Part shown: one piece after another, positions 61,429-64,000 of the stretch | Layout: the number at the start of each line of letters is the position of its first letter | Position numbering within the stretch: the stretch's first letter is position 1 | NCBI GenBank assembly: GCA_902789425.1 | Contig: CADANX010000002.1 | Coordinates: 165,815 to 229,814, forward strand | Origin: an uncultured Erysipelotrichaceae bacterium | Lineage (GTDB): Bacteria > Bacillota_I > Bacilli_A > RF39 > UBA660 | DNA: 64,000 bases | Direction: 5' to 3' | Translations under genes and position numbers: made by a program | The notes under the pieces: model-generated | The model's input: only the letters and a program-made list of their open reading frames with translations | Told to the model about the DNA's origin: nothing | Databases searched by the model: none

Positions 61429-62843
61429 TTTATTTCCTCTATTTTCATAAAGTTAGTATACTTAACATCAGATAATGGAAAACTTCCTACTATTATTACT
61501 TTATCTTTAGTGTTTAATTCAATTACTTTTGATGCACTAACTAAAGATAGATTAACCATTTCATCAGTTGATGATACCATAGGTACAAAAAGTGGTAATA
61601 TTCCATAATTAAGCACTAAACTTCTTACTACTTTAACATCAGGTGAAATTGCTATAACAGTTGAACTTGGTCTAAAATTACTAATATCTTTTGCTGTTTG
61701 ACCACTCATAGTTGAGCAAACAATAGCTTTAGCATTAACTCTATTAGCACAATCAACACATGAATATGATATTGCTTTTGAAATATCTTCAATATCAGTT
61801 CTTTTTATATCAAGTAAAATATCATTATAATCCATTTCTTTTTCTATAGCATCTATTATTCTATTCATAGTACTAACTGTTTCAACTGGATAGTTACCTA
61901 TTGCTGTTTCACTTGAAAGCATTACTGCATCTGTTCCATCAATTACTGCATTTGCAACATCTGATACTTCTGCTCTTGTTGGTGTTGGTGAATTTTGCAT
62001 AGATGCAAGCATTTCTGTAGCTACAATTGCTATTTTTTCTTGTTCTTTTGTTAGTCTTGATATTTTCTTTTGAAGTGATGGAATCTTTTCAACTTCTATT
62101 TCAATACCAAGATCACCTCTTGAAATCATAATTCCATCAGACATTTTTATTATTTCTTTTATATTATCTATAGCACTTTTATTTTCTATTTTACTAATAA
62201 TTTGTATATGACTATCATTTAGTTCAATTAATAAATCGTTTACATCAAGTACATCAAGATGTGAATTAACAAGTGATAATGCTAAAAAATCCACTTCCAT
62301 TTCAGATGCAAATCTAATAGTATCTTTATCATAATTTGATAAGAATTTAATATTAAATGATGCATCAGGTACATTTAAACTACAATTACTAGTTATAAAA
62401 CCATCATTTAAAATATCACAAATAACAGTTTCATTATCATTAGCAACTACTTTTAATTCAACACTACCATCATTTAAAAGAATTCTATCACCTACATTAA
62501 TATGATTAACTATTGCTGGTACTGTAATACTTATCATATTTTGATCACCAACAATTACATTTGAAATAATTCTAATCTTATTACCTTTAACAAGTTTAAC
62601 AACACCATTTGCTAAATTTCCTATTCTTATTTCAGGACCTCTAGTGTCTATCATTATTCCAACTTCCGTTTTAAGTTCATTACTTATTTTTCTAGTTTTT
62701 AAAATAATATCTCTTGCAAAATCAGTTGATGCATGTGACATATTAATTCTAATAACATCAGCACCTGCTTTAATTATTTCTCTAATTGTATTTTCTTCTT
62801 TAGATGATGGACCTATTGTCGCAATCATTTTAGTCTTATTCAT
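61425..62843 (-). CDS. pyk: pyruvate kinase
   Basis: KTKMIATIGPSS, IRINMSHA, MIDTRGPEIR, ISKIEN, MISRGDLGIE, MLSSETA. ATG at 62843 follows AGAGAGG. Confidence 0.93.
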   Translation of the reverse strand: MNKTKMIATIGPSSKEENTIREIIKAGADVIRINMSHASTDFARDIILKTRKISNELKTEVGIMIDTRGPEIRIGNLANGVVKLVKGNKIRIISNVIVGDQNMISITVPAIVNHINVGDRILLNDGSVELKVVANDNETVICDILNDGFITSNCSLNVPDASFNIKFLSNYDKDTIRFASEMEVDFLALSLVNSHLDVLDVNDLLIELNDSHIQIISKIENKSAIDNIKEIIKMSDGIMISRGDLGIEIEVEKIPSLQKKISRLTKEQEKIAIVATEMLASMQNSPTPTRAEVSDVANAVIDGTDAVMLSSETAIGNYPVETVSTMNRIIDAIEKEMDYNDILLDIKRTDIEDISKAISYSCVDCANRVNAKAIVCSTMSGQTAKDISNFRPSSTVIAISPDVKVVRSLVLNYGILPLFVPMVSSTDEMVNLSLVSASKVIELNTKDKVIIVGSFPLSDVKYTNFMKIEEIK

Positions 62844-62864
62844 ATCATATACCTCTCTATTATA

Positions 62865-62872
62865 ATTATACA
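62865..62872 (-). promoter_or_regulatory. extended -10 element (TGTATAAT) upstream of pyk
   Basis: Minus strand reads TGTATAAT just downstream of the 62878-62902 hairpin. Confidence 0.4.
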
Positions 62873-62877
62873 ATAAA

Positions 62878-62902
62878 AAAATTATATTTTAAATATAATT
62901 TT
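62878..62902 (-). terminator. AT-only palindromic hairpin/terminator (copy 2 of the repeated 25-mer)
   Basis: AAAATTATAT-TTTAA-ATATAATTTT is the exact reverse complement of 25835-25859. It abuts the stop codon of the 245-aa gene. Confidence 0.45.
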
Positions 62903-63639
62903 TATAAACCAGTGTAACTTGAAACTAAATTATAGTTTTTATCAAATTCATAGAATGAAAAATTAAATACATGATCATAATCGCAATAACCACTACTTAT
63001 AGAATAATTCATAAACTTACTATTTTCAGTTTCGCATTCTTCTTTTGTATAATTCTCGTCACTATAAAAATATACATTATAATGAGTATTACAAACAATA
63101 TTATCTAAATTATCAGATTTAACAAAACATTCTTCAATATCTGTTGTAACATATGATACATTTGCATCTGTTTCTTGCTTTCTATTAACAACATCTTTTT
63201 TTATTTCTTCAGTGAATGAATTAAATACACTAATTAAACTATCTTCACTAAAGAAAATAGGATATGCATACTTATTTACATTATAATTTTTATTTTCCTC
63301 ATATAATAAAATATAGTCTTTAAATACTTTTGCTTTTAAAACACCATCAAATATAATTGAATCATTTTCATATACATATTTACCTGTTTTTATTTCATAA
63401 GCATTTTTAGTATAATCAAGTCTTTTTCTTTCATATGTATTATCATATTTAAATAAAATATATTCATTATAATTAAGCATATATTTTTTACCAACTATTT
63501 TTATTTGATCATCTTTTTTTACTTCTTTTACTTCTTTTTTCTTAAAACCAATAATTTCTTTATCACATAATATATAACCTACTACACTACCAATTAATAA
63601 AGAAAAAATTATAATTAATAATATTTTTACCTTTTTCAT
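62902..63639 (-). CDS. hypothetical membrane-anchored protein, 245 aa
   Basis: N-terminal signal/anchor MKKVKILLIIIFSLLIGSVVGYILC. Cys-containing extracytoplasmic domain. Confidence 0.5.
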   Translation of the reverse strand: MKKVKILLIIIFSLLIGSVVGYILCDKEIIGFKKKEVKEVKKDDQIKIVGKKYMLNYNEYILFKYDNTYERKRLDYTKNAYEIKTGKYVYENDSIIFDGVLKAKVFKDYILLYEENKNYNVNKYAYPIFFSEDSLISVFNSFTEEIKKDVVNRKQETDANVSYVTTDIEECFVKSDNLDNIVCNTHYNVYFYSDENYTKEECETENSKFMNYSISSGYCDYDHVFNFSFYEFDKNYNLVSSYTGL

Positions 63640-63667
63640 CCTAACACCTCACAATTATAATTATAAT

Positions 63668-63698
63668 AAAAAAAATAGTAATATAAAATGTTATTACT
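63668..63698 (-). terminator. intrinsic terminator after dnaE
   Basis: AGTAATA (63677-63683) / TATTACT (63692-63698) hairpin followed on the minus strand by a U-run. Confidence 0.5.
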
Positions 63699-63712
63699 GT
63701 TCATTTACATTA

Positions 63713-64000
63713 CTATTTACACTTAACAATTGTTTTTACTACAATCTGATAATCACTATTTCTTTTTTCTACATTACCAAGTACTTTTACTATATCACCT
63801 TTATTAATTGTATAATTATTTAAATATACTTTTGGAAATACAACAAGTTCTATTTTATTAAATTCATCACTTGCTTCATAAAAGCACATTTTATCACCTT
63901 TTTTAGTAGTTATTTCTCTTTTTTTATCTATTAATAAATATAATTCAATTAACTTATTAAAGTTTTCCTTTATGTTACATGTAGTAATTTTATTATCTCT
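63713..64000 (-). CDS. dnaE: 3' end of DNA polymerase III alpha subunit DnaE (C-terminal OB-fold), truncated by the window edge
   Basis: Not in the ORF track because it has no start codon in the window. The frame is open from 64000 to TAG at 63713-63715. It reads ...KKGDKMCFYEASDEFNKIELVVFPKVYLNNYTINKGDIVKVLGNVEKRNSDYQIVVKTI, the typical DnaE OB tail. Confidence 0.6.
   Translation of the reverse strand, partial: RDNKITTCNIKENFNKLIELYLLIDKKREITTKKGDKMCFYEASDEFNKIELVVFPKVYLNNYTINKGDIVKVLGNVEKRNSDYQIVVKTIVKCK

Overview
Housekeeping-dense chromosomal segment from a visibly very AT-rich bacterium (composition not computed). It looks like a PolC-type Firmicutes/Bacillota organism and an apparent endospore former, since it carries spoVAC-spoVAD-spoVAE and a SpoVB-like flippase. 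I call about 67 CDS, all but six on the minus strand. Many have overlapping stop/start codons (ATGA, TAATG). TGA serves as a stop in those overlaps, so the standard bacterial code applies. Gene order resembles the Bacillus block ruvA-ruvB-queA-tgt ... yrbG-like/spoVB-like ... secDF-relA-dtd-hisS-aspS. Further along are rpmF/yceD, holA, efp, rpmG, a class B PBP, scpAB, the spoVA genes, trpS, rimM-trmD, a sortase B locus, polC, cdsA-rseP-fmt, pyk and the 3' end of dnaE. I saw no rRNA, tRNA, CRISPR array, transposase or prophage genes. The items most worth a second look are listed here. (1) A GC-enriched, rod-folding ~175-nt candidate sRNA lies directly downstream of aspS and may be 6S RNA. (2) A sigma-70-like protein carries two C-terminal RNA polymerase alpha-CTD-like domains. 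(3) A tandemly duplicated two-gene module (unknown protein plus HExxH zincin) lies next to xerD. (4) A small-membrane-protein domain is fused to the N-terminus of SecDF, and a free-standing paralog is present in the same window. (5) A sortase-B-substrate surface protein gene is split by a 1-nt frameshift at a G4 run. (6) TrmD carries a ~160-aa C-terminal extension of unknown nature. Start codons were re-picked where the supplied ORF began at GTG/TTG just upstream of an ATG with a better-spaced Shine-Dalgarno. All functional calls come from motif recognition by eye, not from database searches.
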